The notes beneath the pieces were generated by a model that worked only from the letters and a program-made list of their open reading frames with translations, made no database searches and was not told where the DNA came from. Source: Malacoraja senta (taxonomy: Eukaryota). From it: DNA of 64,000 bases. The stretch covers positions 23,562,001-23,626,000 of the forward strand of contig CM075989.1 in assembly GCA_038087875.1 (NCBI GenBank), given 5' to 3'. A program made the translations under genes and the position numbers. Positions 36,891 through 50,240 of this stretch are shown here, in pieces. Position 1 is the first letter of the stretch. Each line of letters opens with the position of its first letter.

Positions 36891-38896
36891 ATTGCTGCGG
36901 TTTCCACAATCTGTTCCTGATCACCGCAGTAACGTAAAGGTGAGATTCTTAAGTTGTGTTTGTACATCAGCGATCAACATGCTCCATCCAAGCTAGTCCT
37001 ACTTGCCCGCTCCTGGCCCACGTATCTGCTCAAATGGCTTTTATATGTGTCTGTGTTACCTGCCTCAACTACCTCCTCTGGCAGCTCGTGCTATATATAT
37101 TCACCATCATCTGTGTGAAAATGTTGCTCCTCACATTCTTGGTTAGGGGGGTCGCAACGAGTGACTGTATGGTCGGGGTGTTGAAGGGAGCTTGGGTTAG
37201 TTTGGTTCATTATTATTGTCACGTGAACCGTGGTGCAGTGAAAAGCCTTTGTATTCATGCTCTCCAGTCAAAGAAAAGACAACACATGAACATAATCAAG
37301 CCGTCCACAGGGCAGAGATAAACGATAAAGGGTTCAACATTTAGTGAAATGTAAAGTCCCATAAAGTCCAATTTAAGATAGTTCAAAAGTCTCCAATGAG
37401 GTAGATGGGAGGTCAGGTCCACTCCCAAGTTGGTGATAGGACGGTTCAGTTGCCTGATAACAGCTGGGAAGAAACTGCCCCTGAATCTGGAGGTGTGCAT
37501 TCTCACACTTCAGTACCTAACTACATCCACACCCCCCTGCAAATTCCTGCGGTCTTGGGCAGAGCGGTTCCCAAACCAATCTGTGATGCAACCCCCCCCC
37601 CCCCGCCCCCTCCCTCCGACAAGGTGCAGTCTCTGGTGCATCTGTAGAGGTTTCAGGTATACAATCATCTGGAAGCAGGAATTGTGCTCACCGCTGACCT
37701 TGGAGAGGAACAGTATGCGCTTCACTTGAAGAGCGCGCCAGATGTCTGAAACCTGATGCTCACACCTTTCAAATTTTTGGTGACTTCATTAATCAGTCTT
37801 GTGAAGCAGAGACCAAAGAGCTCGGAGTGTAAAAACGTAGCCCCTCCTGTTCCCATAGGACACATGCGTGCTTCAAAACAAGGTGGCAAGGTCACCCTTC
37901 CTAGACGGCATACAGTGAGGGAACTCGCTCTCATTTTCCAGATTCCCAAAAGGGATTGGCATTTTTCCCATCCCAGCCTGTTAGTTTAATGAAGATCTAA
38001 CAGGCCTCTGTTACCCACTGTGATATCTGAGATGGTTTAATTTTTAAGTGCTATGGAAAATACCAGCTACTGCCAGTCAAGGGTTAATTAGGTTAAGTGC
38101 TTTGAACTAGAATTTCAGCCCATGGCCTATTCATCAAAGGAGTTCTACCTTCTCATCTTAATTTTATATAATTAGCTCTCTCTTTGAAAGGAAAGGAAAT
38201 GTACTCAACAGTGTGAAATCTGGTATTCCTTTAACAGCCAGAAAATGTATGTCTGGAATTTTATTTATCAAAAATGTATTATGTATTAGTCTTTGAAATA
38301 TTGAGGTAATCTCCGGTTTAGACAGATGCAACTAGGGTGAAAGTAACTTAAATGTCTGACGGGAAATATACCAGGAATTGCCCTATTGTTGTTGATTTAA
38401 CTCATTCGTACTGATGGTGTTGACCACTTCCTTATCAATGTGCTGCACTGCCCATGTAGTGGTTTGTACTTAACTCTCCGTTAAAGTTTGAAATACTCTA
38501 ATGTAATACTCTATGATCATACAGTAAATGACTGTGAATGAGCTATTAACATCCAGCAGTAACAAGCACTTGTACATTCCCTCTAATGTAATAAATGGCA
38601 CCAGTTCACCAGAACACAAACAATGCTTTATACTGAAGAACACTAGAAATCTTCATTAGCTGTAACTTTTAACGCATGTCTGAAAGGAGGAAAAAGAGGT
38701 GGAGAGATTTAGTGAAGGAATTCGAATGCCCTGGGTTTGTGTAGGGTTGGAGCTGGTAAATTTGGGCATATGAAAAAGTTAGAAATGAAGGACGGTAAAT
38801 GTTTAAAAATGTAGAAACAGCTGCAGATGCCAGTTTATAGTAAAGATAGACACAAAGTGCTGGAGCAACTCAGCGGGTCGGGCTCTTAAGGAGTCA

Positions 38897-39192
38897 GTTT
38901 AGTTTAGTTTAGAGATACAGCATGGAAACAGGCCTTTCAGCCCACCGAGTCTGCATCGCCCCGTACATAACCCTGTCCTACACACACTGGGGACAATTAA
39001 CAATTTTACTGAAGCCAATTAGCCTAAAAACCTGCATGTCTTTGGAATGTGGGAGGAAACCGGAGCACCCGGAGAAAACCCACGCAGGTCACAGGGAGAA
39101 CGTACAAACTCTGTACAGACAGCACCCGTAGTCAGGATCGAACCTGGGTCTCCAGCGCTGTGAGGCAGCAACTCTACCATTGTGCCACCATG
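38897..39192 (-). mobile_element. tRNA-derived SINE (HE1/V-SINE-like)
   Basis: Consensus match. Confidence 0.8.
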
Positions 39193-39881
39193 CTGTACTA
39201 TAATAATCACTAAACTTCAAACACATCGATGTTCATAAAGACCTTTGGGATTCACAGTGATGATGAAAAGCATTGAATAATTGTGAGTCTTTTATTATTT
39301 CCAATATTTTGAAAACATTGTCTTTTGCCTTGATGAGGAATTTGTGGCAATGCCTGTGCATGTTCTACCCCAGTGAGTGACTTCTGCGGTCTGTGCTCAG
39401 TGTTTAGCTGTCGGGATCCACGCTTGCCTTGGTCTGATTCCCATCCTGGGCTGGATGGTGATGGTGTTTTGCTGTGATATCCTTTTATTTACTGTGACAC
39501 AAGCCCTTCACTGTCTGCAGGTGCAATACAGCCTCCTTTCATTCAGCTCAAAGTGTTCCTGGTGTTTGATCCACCTCCTGTGTCTCACAAGGACTCGGCA
39601 CTAATGCCAGCTTGGCCCGTGTATAGAGGAATATTCAGCCGGGGCCGATGGAGATGTAATCTCTCTTCATTCACAGAATCCGTATGCTTCCATTCTTTTC
39701 TATCGCCATGTGTACTGTTATTAGTGTCACCCATCCATTCACATTTCTGAACACTTCAGTGTTGTATCTGGCACCGCTGATGTGCTCCAGACCGCCTCTG
39801 TTCAGCGATTTAATACACAAACATAGCGATACTAGGACTTTGTATATACTAGGACTACATAGTAATCTGAGTTGTCTTGCA

Positions 39882-39922
<41 letters not shown>

Positions 39923-39934
39923 GCACACACACAC

Positions 39935-40029
<95 letters not shown>

Positions 40030-40073
40030 TGTACATGTATAAATGCATTTATACATATATACACACACACACA
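39882..40073. repeat. Compound (TA)n/(CA)n microsatellite
   Basis: (TA)~15 then (CA)~50; a degenerate TA/TG tract continues at 40235-40400. Confidence 0.97.
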
Positions 40074-42711
40074 GTCCCACACAGGGGGTGGCATGGTAGC
40101 GCAGCTGTAAAGTTGCTGCCTCACAGCGCTGGAGACCCGGGTTCGATCCTGACTACGGGTGCTGTCTGTACAGAGTTTGAACGTTCTCCCTGTGACCGCG
40201 TGAGTTTTCTCCGGGTGCTCCGGTTTCCTCCCACATGTACATGTATACGTATATGTATAAATGCGCATATGTATAAATATATATGTATATGTGTTTGTAC
40301 ATGTATGCACGTGTGTGTATGTATATGCATGTGTGCGTTCATTCATATATATGCATGTATTCATGCACACATATATATATACACACACCTATATATGGGA
40401 TAGGAGTATGTGTAAATATATATAACACTGAACATTTCTTTCTCATTTATGAGATTGTTTACGATGTACTATGTTTGCACGTCCTGTTGTGTTGCTACAC
40501 GTTAGAATGTCATTGTTCTATCTGGGACTTATGATAGTCCCAGATAAAACGCTCTTGCTTCTTGACTCGATTGTAATGTGCACGGTGACTTGTTGAGATC
40601 AGTGAGCATTTCCTCCTCTGTCCCTCAGCTACATTGGAACTGTTCCCATAAATACCGTGCAAACCCACGCAGTCATTGCTGTGGCAGGGAGGCGGCAGCA
40701 GCAGCGAGTTCCCCGACTTGCAGCCCACTTGCTCCGTTTACTGGCGAGCTGCTCCCACCCTCCCCTGTGCCACGGATCACACTGCCTTCGTGTTGTCATC
40801 CCGCCAGCATCGTCCATTTAAGGTGGCAAGACCGTGACCCACGGGCTGGACTGGGACGCCATCCAGAGCGGTGACTCTCCTCAACGCTACAGGACCCGTT
40901 AGCCACCCTCCCCACTCTGCCTGTACCGGCTGCCTGCCCCTTTTCCGGGGTTACGTCCATGCCCGGGTGATACTAGAGAGGGACCACACACTGTCCACGG
41001 GTGCCCTGGGGGGTTTCGGGGACCGCTGGGCACCGCGGGGGGGTGGGATGCATCCTGGACAAGGATAGTCAGGGTCTCGACCCGAAACGTCTATCGTTCC
41101 TTCTCTCCACAGATGCTGCCTGACCCGCTGAGTTACTCCAGCATTTTGTGTGAATCTAAAGGTGGCATGTTCAGTTTCTACACTGTTGTGCCAAGGCGTT
41201 GTTGGCATTAAAACATTTTGCCTGCTGCCATTCAAAGGGCTGGCAGGTTACGAGAGTGACAGGGAGCCCGAGGTTTGGGAAGACACTGCCGAATGGAATG
41301 TGGCAGAAAGGAAATCAAAAGCATTGCTCTAGCACAAGCTCGTTGGTGAACGGCCTCTGCAAGTGTGATCACAAAATGCCCAAGCTGGGCTGAGGGAGTG
41401 AGAACTGTCTCTGTGATATTCAACGTGAAGCAACTGCCTTGTTACTTCACATTGATAATGGGTTATGAATTGATTTGATCTTATAAAGAGGTGTACAAAA
41501 TCATGAGTGGAATAGATCAGGTAGACGCACAGAGTCTCTAGCCCAGAGTAGGGGAATCGAGAACCAGAGGACATTGTAAAAAGTTTGCATGCACATCATA
41601 AGTGATAGTAGAATTAGGCCATTCGGCCCATCAAGTCTACTCCGCCATTCAATCATGGCCGATCTATCTCTCCCTCCTAACTCCATTCTCCTGCCTTCTC
41701 CCCATCAAGCTTATCAAGGCCTGTACTAGCCCAGGAAAAGTGCCTTCGGCCCACATGGCCCGTGCTAGCCTAGCCCAGGAAAAGTGCCTTCGGCCCACCA
41801 GAAACCAGTCCCTTCGGCCCACAAGGCCCCCACTAACCCAGAAACTAGTCACTTCGGACACTTGAACGTACACATCTCCATTAAACTTTCACCTTACCTC
41901 GCACCTTATACCTATGCCCTCTAGTGTTGGACATCTCCACCCTGGGCAGAAAGGTTTGTCTGTGGGAGAAAGTTTCTGACTGTCATTACGTTCCGGGTTT
42001 GAGAAAAGGAAGTCAGATTTACAAACCCCTCCACAGGAGCAACCCCGGCCAGTTTATACACCAAGGCTTCACACTTCAGAGACGGAATACAATCCCACTC
42101 CCGGAGCTGCCTCTCTCCAGAGGCGGGCGGGGAGAGTGAAGCTGGTTCACTGGAAGTACTGTCAGTGTAGGAATGCATCACAATTCTGTTTAAACAGGTG
42201 GTCTGCATTTATGGAAAATCTGGGAGCAGTGCTTTGTAAGGCTTTTCCACTTGCACATCTGCAGACATGAAAACCTCACAGCTTAATTCCTAGTGGAGAT
42301 TGGAGGTCAGGCATTCACTGAAGCTGCTACACAGAGTGTCCCGTGGCTACTGCTGCCACATGACGATGTCCTGATAACATAAACACGAACCACATGTGTT
42401 ATTTCTGGTTGGCTACATGACCTAACAAAATATATCACACTGGACTAACAGTAGTGCACCATATCAATACTTCCATTGTAGATGGACACAGAGTGCTGGA
42501 GCAACCCAGCGGGACAGGCAGCATCTCTGGAGAAAAGGAATAGGTGACGTTTTGGGTCGAGACCTTTCTTCAGACTGAGAGTCAGGGGGAAGGGAAACAA
42601 GAGATATAGATGGTACATGTGACATTCATTCATTTAAATTCATTCATTTCATTCATTCGTTCTGTATTCAGAGGTAATGTGAACATGCACACAGGTTATC
42701 TCCTCTCGCAT

Positions 42712-42945
42712 TTTTCACACAAAGGGTGGTGGGTGTATGGAACAAACTGCCAGAGGAGGTAGTTGAGGCTGGGACTTTCCCAACGTTTAAGGAACAGTTA
42801 GACAGGTACATGGATAGGACAAGTTTGGAGGGATATGGGCCAAACGCGGGCAGGTAGGACTAGTGTAGCTGGGACAAGTTGGGCGGTGTGGGCGAGTTGG
42901 GCCGAAGGACCTGTTTCCACAATGTATCACTCTATGACTCTGTGA
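42712..42945 (+). mobile_element. CR1 LINE 3' fragment
   Basis: TQRVVGVWNKLPEEVVEAG peptide and 3'UTR. Confidence 0.8.
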
Positions 42946-42989
42946 CTCCAGCTCTATATGAGAGTCAGTGAGATTTTACACTCCACAGC

Positions 42990-43260
42990 CTAATCCACAC
43001 TGATGTTGCCGACTGTGGTAGCACAGAATGCTGCCTTTCATATGGAGATGTTAATCGAGGCACTTCATGCACTCCAGGGTGGAGAGAACAGATCTCACAC
43101 ACCCATTGGAAAAGCAGGAAAATTCTCCAGGTGCCTTTGCCAATATACATCGCTCACCCGACAACTAAAACAGATGTTCTTGTATTTAATTTCATTGCTA
43201 TTTTCAGAGTTCTGCCTATGTGTGAACTGGCTACTTCATTTCCTTTGCTTCAGTGTTAAT
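42990..43260 (+). mobile_element. Ancient Deu-domain SINE (SacSINE1/AmnSINE-like)
   Basis: GCTGCCTTTCATATGGAGATGTTAATCGAGGC...GCCAATATACATCGCTCACCCGACAACTAAAACAGAT...ATTGCT matches Deu-domain layout; highly diverged. Confidence 0.6.
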
Positions 43261-43845
43261 GACATTATACAAGCATTTAATTATCTATTAAATATTTAAC
43301 TGGATCTGGCATATCCTGAGCTAATGGAAGGGTCTGCATAATGCAAGTCATTTGTTGATTTTAACAGATGCAGGTAGTTCTGCTATTTAATGTGAGTGGT
43401 GTAACAGGGAACACTATTTGCATCGCAGGGGCTAAATAGTTTAGAACGCAATGCTACTCCGAAACTAGAGGAACATTTAAAAGTTACTTTGAAAACTCAC
43501 ATGCAGAAAAAAAGCTGCAGTGGATTTAAACAGTATAGGGGAAAAAACTCCTTCCGTGTAACCTCCCTGCAGTAAATCAGACACAAGTGTCTCACGGGGG
43601 CTACTTAAACTTGTGCAAGCCATTGAAATTGGCAAGCAATCACCTCGTTATGCAACAATGCTAAATAATGTAATATACTGCCTTTAACATTTTTAGCTTG
43701 CTATAACAAAAATAAACGTGTTGCTATTGAAAATAATTTTATTTCTAAAAGTTTTGTAGGAAAAATGTTTGCCATTGTGAGTCTGAAACTCTCAAGTTCC
43801 CAAACTCTTTTTCCCATTCTCCAAAAGGGCGACATTGTGGAATAG

Positions 43846-44145
43846 TGGCACAGTAGCGCAGCGGATAGAGCTGTTGCCTCACAGCACTAGAGAACCGAGT
43901 TCAATACTGACCTATGTGGAGTTTGCACGCTCTCCCCGTGACCTCGTGGCTTTCCTCCGGGTGCTCCAGTTTGCTCTCTCATCCCAAAGATGGATGGGTT
44001 TGTAGGTTAATTGCCCTCTGTTAATTGCCCCTAATGTGTAGGCAGCAATGTGAAAGTGGTGTAACATAGAACTGGTGTCAATGGGTGATCAGTGGTTGGC
44101 ATGGACCCGGTGGGCCGAAGGGCCTGTGTCCATGCTGCATCCTTC
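43846..44145 (+). mobile_element. tRNA-derived SINE (older subfamily)
   Basis: Diverged consensus match. Confidence 0.75.
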
Positions 44146-44651
44146 AATCAAAAAACTATTGTCATTAGAACAAGATTGTCTATAACACAATGTTTCTTTG
44201 GAACAACTGTTCTGATATCGCAGTACTAACTTATATGACTTCAAGTTAATACAATTGTCAATAGGTTGAAGATAGACACAAAATGCTGGAGTAACTCAGC
44301 GGGACAGGCAGCATCTCTGGAGAGAAGGAGTGGGTGACGTTTCGGGTCGAGACCCTTCTTCAGATAGGTTGAGTTGTATTTCAAAGTATCTGGAAAGGAT
44401 TTTGATAAAGACTAAAAATATTGCGAAATGACATTTAATCATCCAAATTCGTTGTATCTTGGGTTCCCTTTATTCTGTATCAGTGCACAGTGGACAGCTT
44501 GATTGCAATCATGTATAGACTTTTCGCTGACTGGATAGCACGTGAGAAAAACGGTTTTCGCTGTACCTCGGTACACGTGCGAATAATAAACTAAACTAAA
44601 CTGTTATTTATGGAGAGAGTGTTGCACCAGACAAGCATCACTATCACATTT

Positions 44652-44952
44652 TAGACTTTAGACATAGAGTGTGGAGACAGACCTTCGTCCCACTGTGTCC
44701 GTGCCGACCAGCGATCCCCGTACACTAGTGCTATCCCACACACTGGGGACAATGTACAATTTACAGAAGCCAATAAAAACCTACAAACCTGAACATCTTT
44801 GGAGTGTGGGAGGAAACCGGAGCTCCCGGAGAAAACATATGCTGGTCACGGGGAGAACGTACAAACTCCATACAGACAGCACCCAGAGTCAGGATCGAAC
44901 CCGGGTCTCTGGCGCTGTGAGGCAGCAACTCTACCGCTGTGCCACCCTGCCG
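44652..44952 (-). mobile_element. tRNA-derived SINE (HE1/V-SINE-like)
   Basis: Full-length consensus match. Confidence 0.85.
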
Positions 44953-46144
44953 CCCCAAACCTTTCTGTTTGCAGCTATTCTGCCTGTTGTAATCTCTGAT
45001 TGCTGCATCGGGTTTTAGAAAGACCCGCTGTTCAGCATTCTGAGCGCACAAAAGTGGACCAAAAGCCTGTCTATCCAACTAGCCAATCCATCGTTCAGAC
45101 CACCATCTATTCCAATTCCCTCATAGACCCCCCTCCCCGGGAAGGCAAGATGCCAGAGTGAAACATCATCCCAAGACCAAATTCCTCACTATTCCCAAAG
45201 GCAATTGAGCAAACTCTAGGAGACTGGAATAGTTTGTTAATAATCCCTGGCTTGCCACCCCATGTACTAAACCACAAGCTATCCTCCACTTTAACCAGGC
45301 TTCCCATCTTCCTTCTGAAGAGATACACAATGAACCTACACTTCTCTAATATCTTCCAGACCTCCGTGCATAAAGACATGTTGTTATCTGATTGATAAAT
45401 TAGATATTTTTACTTTTTCACCCATGATCAGACTCAAGTAAAATATCCTCAGGGCTTCTAGAAATACTATACATTCCTCTTCCAGTTTAGGAAAGATTTC
45501 ACTGATCACTTGCTGACATTTTAGCCATTGTTGCTGAATTACTTTTAACTCTCTTTGTGTGCAGATGAAATCTTTAAGCAACTCCTAAACAGTACTGTAG
45601 TATTCTGACTGAGTGCAGAATAATGGGAACAAATAACAATGCGTTCACCAACTCCATGTTCAACAATGGCAGTTCCATATTATAGACAATAGACAATAGG
45701 TGCAGGAGTAGGCCATTCGGCCCTTTAAGCCAGCACCGCCATTCAATGTGATCATGCATTCCTTTTTCATCCAAACACTGGATTAAGTTAAACCTCATCT
45801 TTCCTTTAAGTTAGTTGAGAGACACAGCGCGGAAATAGGCCTATCGGCCCACCGAGTCTGCACCGAATAGCGATCCCCGCACATTAACACTACTCTACAC
45901 ACACTAGGGATAATTTTACATTTATACCATGCCAATTAACCTACAAACTTGTAGGTCTTTGGAGTGTGAGATGAAACCAAAGATCTCAGAGAAAACCCAC
46001 GCAGGTCACAGGGTGTACGTGCAAACTCCATGGTCAGGATCGAACCTGGGTCTCTGGCTTTGTAAGGTAGTGGCTCTACCGCTATGCCACAGTGCTAACC
46101 TAAATCGTCAATAAGACATGAAGACCTCAGATACATGATGGCCG

Positions 46145-46620
46145 GAGTGCAGAGAAGATTCATGAAGATGTTGCCAGGACCCGGGGGTAAGAGCTGGAGG
46201 GAGGTTGGGCAGGCTAGGACATTGTTGCTTGGAGCGCAGGAGGATGGGAGGTGATCTTATAGAGGTGTATCAGATCAAGAGTCAAAGAGGTAAGTTGAAT
46301 GTACAGAGTCTTTTACCCAGAGTTGGGGAATCAAAAATCAGGGTATATAGTTTTGTGAGAGCGGCAAGATTTACTCGGAACCCGAGGGGCAACTTTTTCT
46401 TTCAGAGAATGGTGGGTGTATGGAACGGGCTGCAGGAGGAGGTAGTTGACAATGGTACAATGACAACATTTAAAAGATAATTGGACAGGTACACGGCGAG
46501 GAAGTGTTTAGAGGGATATGAGCCAAAAGCGGGCAAAAGTGACTCGCTTAGATGGGGCATTTGGGTCGGCATGGACAAGATGGGCCGAAAGGCCTGTTTC
46601 TGTGTTGTATGACTCTATGT
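46145..46620 (+). mobile_element. Degenerate CR1 LINE 3' fragment
   Basis: LERRRMGGDLIEVY...FFFQRMVGVWNGL. Confidence 0.8.
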
Positions 46621-46878
46621 GATTTGTCAGCAATGGGTGAGTTCTCTGAAGTAGAGGGGCCAGGAAAGGTGTAATTGTTTTTGCTGGAGCAGGGGAACTT
46701 ATAGAGAGATTTAATAGAAATGCTCAGAAGTAAAGTTGACTTCACCAGTGTAAAACAGAGAGAAAATCTACCCGTAAAAACCTCCACTGATCCAGCCTTA
46801 AGATGCTTGGCATAAGATCAAGAGAGGAGATGAGGATATTTTATTGTTACAGAAGGATTTATTATTATCCAGGATACT

Positions 46879-47900
46879 GCGGCATGGTAGAAGTTGCTCC
46901 CTTCCAGCGCCAGAGACCAGGGTTCGATCCCAACTGCGGGTGCTGTCTGTACGGAGTTTGTACGTTTTCCCCGTGACCAGATGGGTTTTCTCTGGGTGCT
47001 CAGGTTTCCTCCCACACTCCAAAGACGTGCAGGTTTGCAGGTTAATTGGCTTGGTGTCCGTTTATATTAACGGGTCGATGGTGGAAAGGGTCAAGAGCTT
47101 CAAATTCCTGGGCGTGCACATCAGCGCCTCTCCTGGTCTGAGAACACTGATGCAATTATAAAGAAAGCACATCAGCGCCTCTACTTCCTGAGAAGATTAC
47201 GGAGCGTCAGTATGTCAAGGAGGACTCTCTCTAACTTCTACAGGTGCACAGTAGAGAGCATGCTGACCGGTTGCATTGTGGCTTGGTTCGGCAACTTGAG
47301 TGCTCAGGAGCAGTAAAGACTACAAATAGTAGTAAACACTGCCCAGTCCATCATCGGCTCTGACCTCCCTACGATCGAGGGGATCTATCACAGTCGGTGC
47401 CTCAAAAAAGCTGGCAGTATCATCAAGGACCCACACCATCCTGGCCACACACTCATCTTCCCGCTACCTTCAGGTAGAAGATACAGGAGCCTGAAGACTG
47501 CAACGTCCAGGTTCAGGAATAGCTACTTCCCCACAGCCATCAGGCTATTAAACTCAACTCAAACAAAACTCTGAACATTCATAGCCCATTATCTGTTTAT
47601 TTGCACTTTATCTGTTTATTTATTGATGTGTGTATATATTTATATAATGGTATATGGACACACTGATCTGTTCTGTATTATTCATGCTTACTATATTCTG
47701 TTGTGCTGAAGCAAAGCAAGAATTTCATTGTCCTATCTGGGACACATGACAATAAACTCTCTTGAATCTTGGTGTTTATGTAAATTGTCCCTAGTGTGTG
47801 TAGGATAGTGTTACTGTGCAGGGAGCGGTGGTTGGCGTGGACTTGGTGGGTTGAAATGCATGTTTCCACTCTGTATCTCTAAACAAAAACCAAACTAAAC
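46879..47900 (+). mobile_element. SINE interrupted by a Rex1/Babar 3' fragment (47058-47767)
   Basis: SINE halves joined across the insert; TSD CTTGGTGT at 47050-47057 and 47768-47775; insert encodes INGSMVERVKSFKFLGVHI...KKAHQRLYFLRRL and ends in AATAAA + CTTGAA tail. Confidence 0.88.
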
Positions 47901-48584
47901 ATAGTTCTTATTTTAACTCATTCACACATTGTAAAGCAGGGTTTACAATTTGTGCGAGCTATGCTGGATTTCTTACTTCCAATGTCAAAAATACCCACTG
48001 AAACCATAACTATTATTGGAGAAAGTATCGCAAGATCAACTTACTTTCTCGACACTAATTTCTGAGCCGCAATTGAGACGAGTTGTGCAGCTGGACTGAA
48101 GGTGCAGCTGCCTGGGTACCTGGCAAAAATGAAAGCAAAGTGTTCATTCAGTAAGATCACACGTTCCTGAAGTACATATTTACATCAGAAACTTGACGTG
48201 GAGCAGATTAATCGGGAAATATAGCCACATGGTGTGTTTTCCCCCAACAGGTGGGGATTCAGATCCTGAAATCAATTTGTTAATTATTAAAAAAACACAA
48301 GAAAAAAACGAAGGGGATAATTAGTAGTAATTCTAGACTTTTAAATATTTGCCATTTTCCTATCTAGCTGTGCAGAAATGTAACGTACAGTGCTGCCGTT
48401 AACTGTCTGCTTTGGGCTGCTCCCTCAGGGAGTAAAAAGCCTTTCATTACAATCTTTGGCTTGGTATTACTGATGGCTCAGGAGCCACAAGCCTACAGGT
48501 GTTCCAGCTCTGGGAGTGCAGAGGGAAATAAGGGACGGAAATGTTTTAAAATTTATATTTTATTAGAGATACAATTGTAGACCC

Positions 48585-48843
48585 ACCATGTCCGCACCGA
48601 CCAGCGATCCCCGCACATTCACACTATCCTACACACACTGGGGACAATTTACATTTATACCAAACCAATTAACCTACAAACCTGCACGTCTTTGGAGTGT
48701 GGGAGGAAACTGGATCACCCGGAGAAAACCCACGCGGTCACGGGGTCAACATACAAACTCCGTACAGACAGCACCCGTAGTCAGGATCGAACCCGGGTCT
48801 CTGGCGCTGTGAGGCAGCAACTCTACCGCTGCGCCACCGTGCC
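48585..48843 (-). mobile_element. tRNA-derived SINE (HE1/V-SINE-like)
   Basis: Consensus match. Confidence 0.85.
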
Positions 48844-49269
48844 GTAAGTATTTACAGTAATGCCCCAACTCCAGGCTAGTATCCCTCACACGACAACATT
48901 GTTCAGAGTGAGTTTCATGTTATTCTAACTGAATCAAATAGGCATTTGGAATGAATGAGTGGAAAAGCATGTTGGAGACACAATAATAGTTGGATCTAAG
49001 TTCATTGATTTGTGCTGAGATTGGCAGGAACCTTGTCATTCTGAGGAAGAGAGTAGACATTGGTTCTCAAGATGACTCTTGCATAATTTCTCCAGACTAC
49101 ATAATTGATATTTTGTATATCATGTAAAAAACAGCCCAGTCTCAGAATAATTCCCATTGTCTAATAAGTGAATTATCATAACCATGATATGATAGCCATG
49201 ACCATCTCAAGAGACATTTAGTTATCCAGACAGCAGTTAAATTGTCCAGGTTGCTACCATCAAAAGTCG

Positions 49270-49805
49270 TTTAGTTCAGTTTAGTTTAGTTCAGAGATAC
49301 ACCGCGGAACAGGCCCTTCGGCCCACCGAGTCCGCACCGACCAGCGATCCCCATAAATTAACACTACCCTACACACGCTCGGAACGATTTTACATTTGTA
49401 CCAATTAACCAACAAACATGAATGCTGGAGGAACTCAGCGGGTGAGGCAGCATCTATGGAGCGAAGGAAATAGGCAACGTTTCGGGTCGAAACCCTTCTT
49501 CTGATGTTTCAACCCGAAACGTTGCCTATTTCCTTCGCTCCATAGATGCTGCCTCACCCACTGAGTTTCTCCAGCATTTTTGTCTACCTTCGATTTTCCA
49601 GCATCTGCAGTTCCTTCTTAAACAACCTACAAACATGTATGTCTTTGGAGTGTGGGAGGAAACTAAAGATCTCTGAGACAACCCACGAGGTCGCGGGGTG
49701 AACGTATATAGTCCATACAGACAGCACCTGTAATCAGGATCAAACACGGATGTTTGGCGCTGCAAGCGCTGTAAGGCAGCAACTCTACCACTGTGCCACC
49801 GTGCC
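49270..49805 (-). mobile_element. SINE interrupted by an inverted Penelope-like repeat pair (~49420-49622)
   Basis: SINE resumes after the insert, with duplicated AACC(A/T)ACAAACATG. Confidence 0.8.
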
Positions 49806-50014
49806 GCAGTTACGTTTGTCGATGGGGGGAAGTTTGTAGCCAACAACCTTCTCAGCTGATCGAACGATGCGCTGCAGCCTCCGGATGTCATGCTTGGTGG
49901 CTGAGCCAAACCAGACCATGATGGAGAAGGTGAGGACAGACTCTACGATGGCAGATTAAAACTGGACCATCATTGCCTGTCGCAGATTGTGTTTTCTCAG
50001 CTGCCGCAGGAAGT

Positions 50015-50240
50015 AAACATAGAAACATAGAAAATAGGTGCAGGAGTAGGCCATTCGGCCCTTCGAGCCTGCACCGCCATTCAATATGATCATGGCTGAT
50101 CATCCAACTCAGTATCCTGTACCTGCCTTCTCTCCACACCCCCTGATCCCTTTAGCCACAAGGGCCACATCTAACTCCCTCTTAAATATAGCCAATGAAC
50201 TGGCCTCAACTACCCTCTGTGGCAGAGAATTCCACAGATT
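50015..50240 (-). mobile_element. CR1 3' fragment within Rex1-type remnants (~49885-50450)
   Basis: CR1 tail and NLWNSLPQRVVEASS; flanks encode Rex1-like LELNAPKTVEFIVDFRR / KKAQQRMY. Confidence 0.75.

Noticed and set aside
39671..40403. His/Thr- and Cys/Val-rich ORFs
   Set aside because: Translation of (CA)n/(TA)n microsatellites
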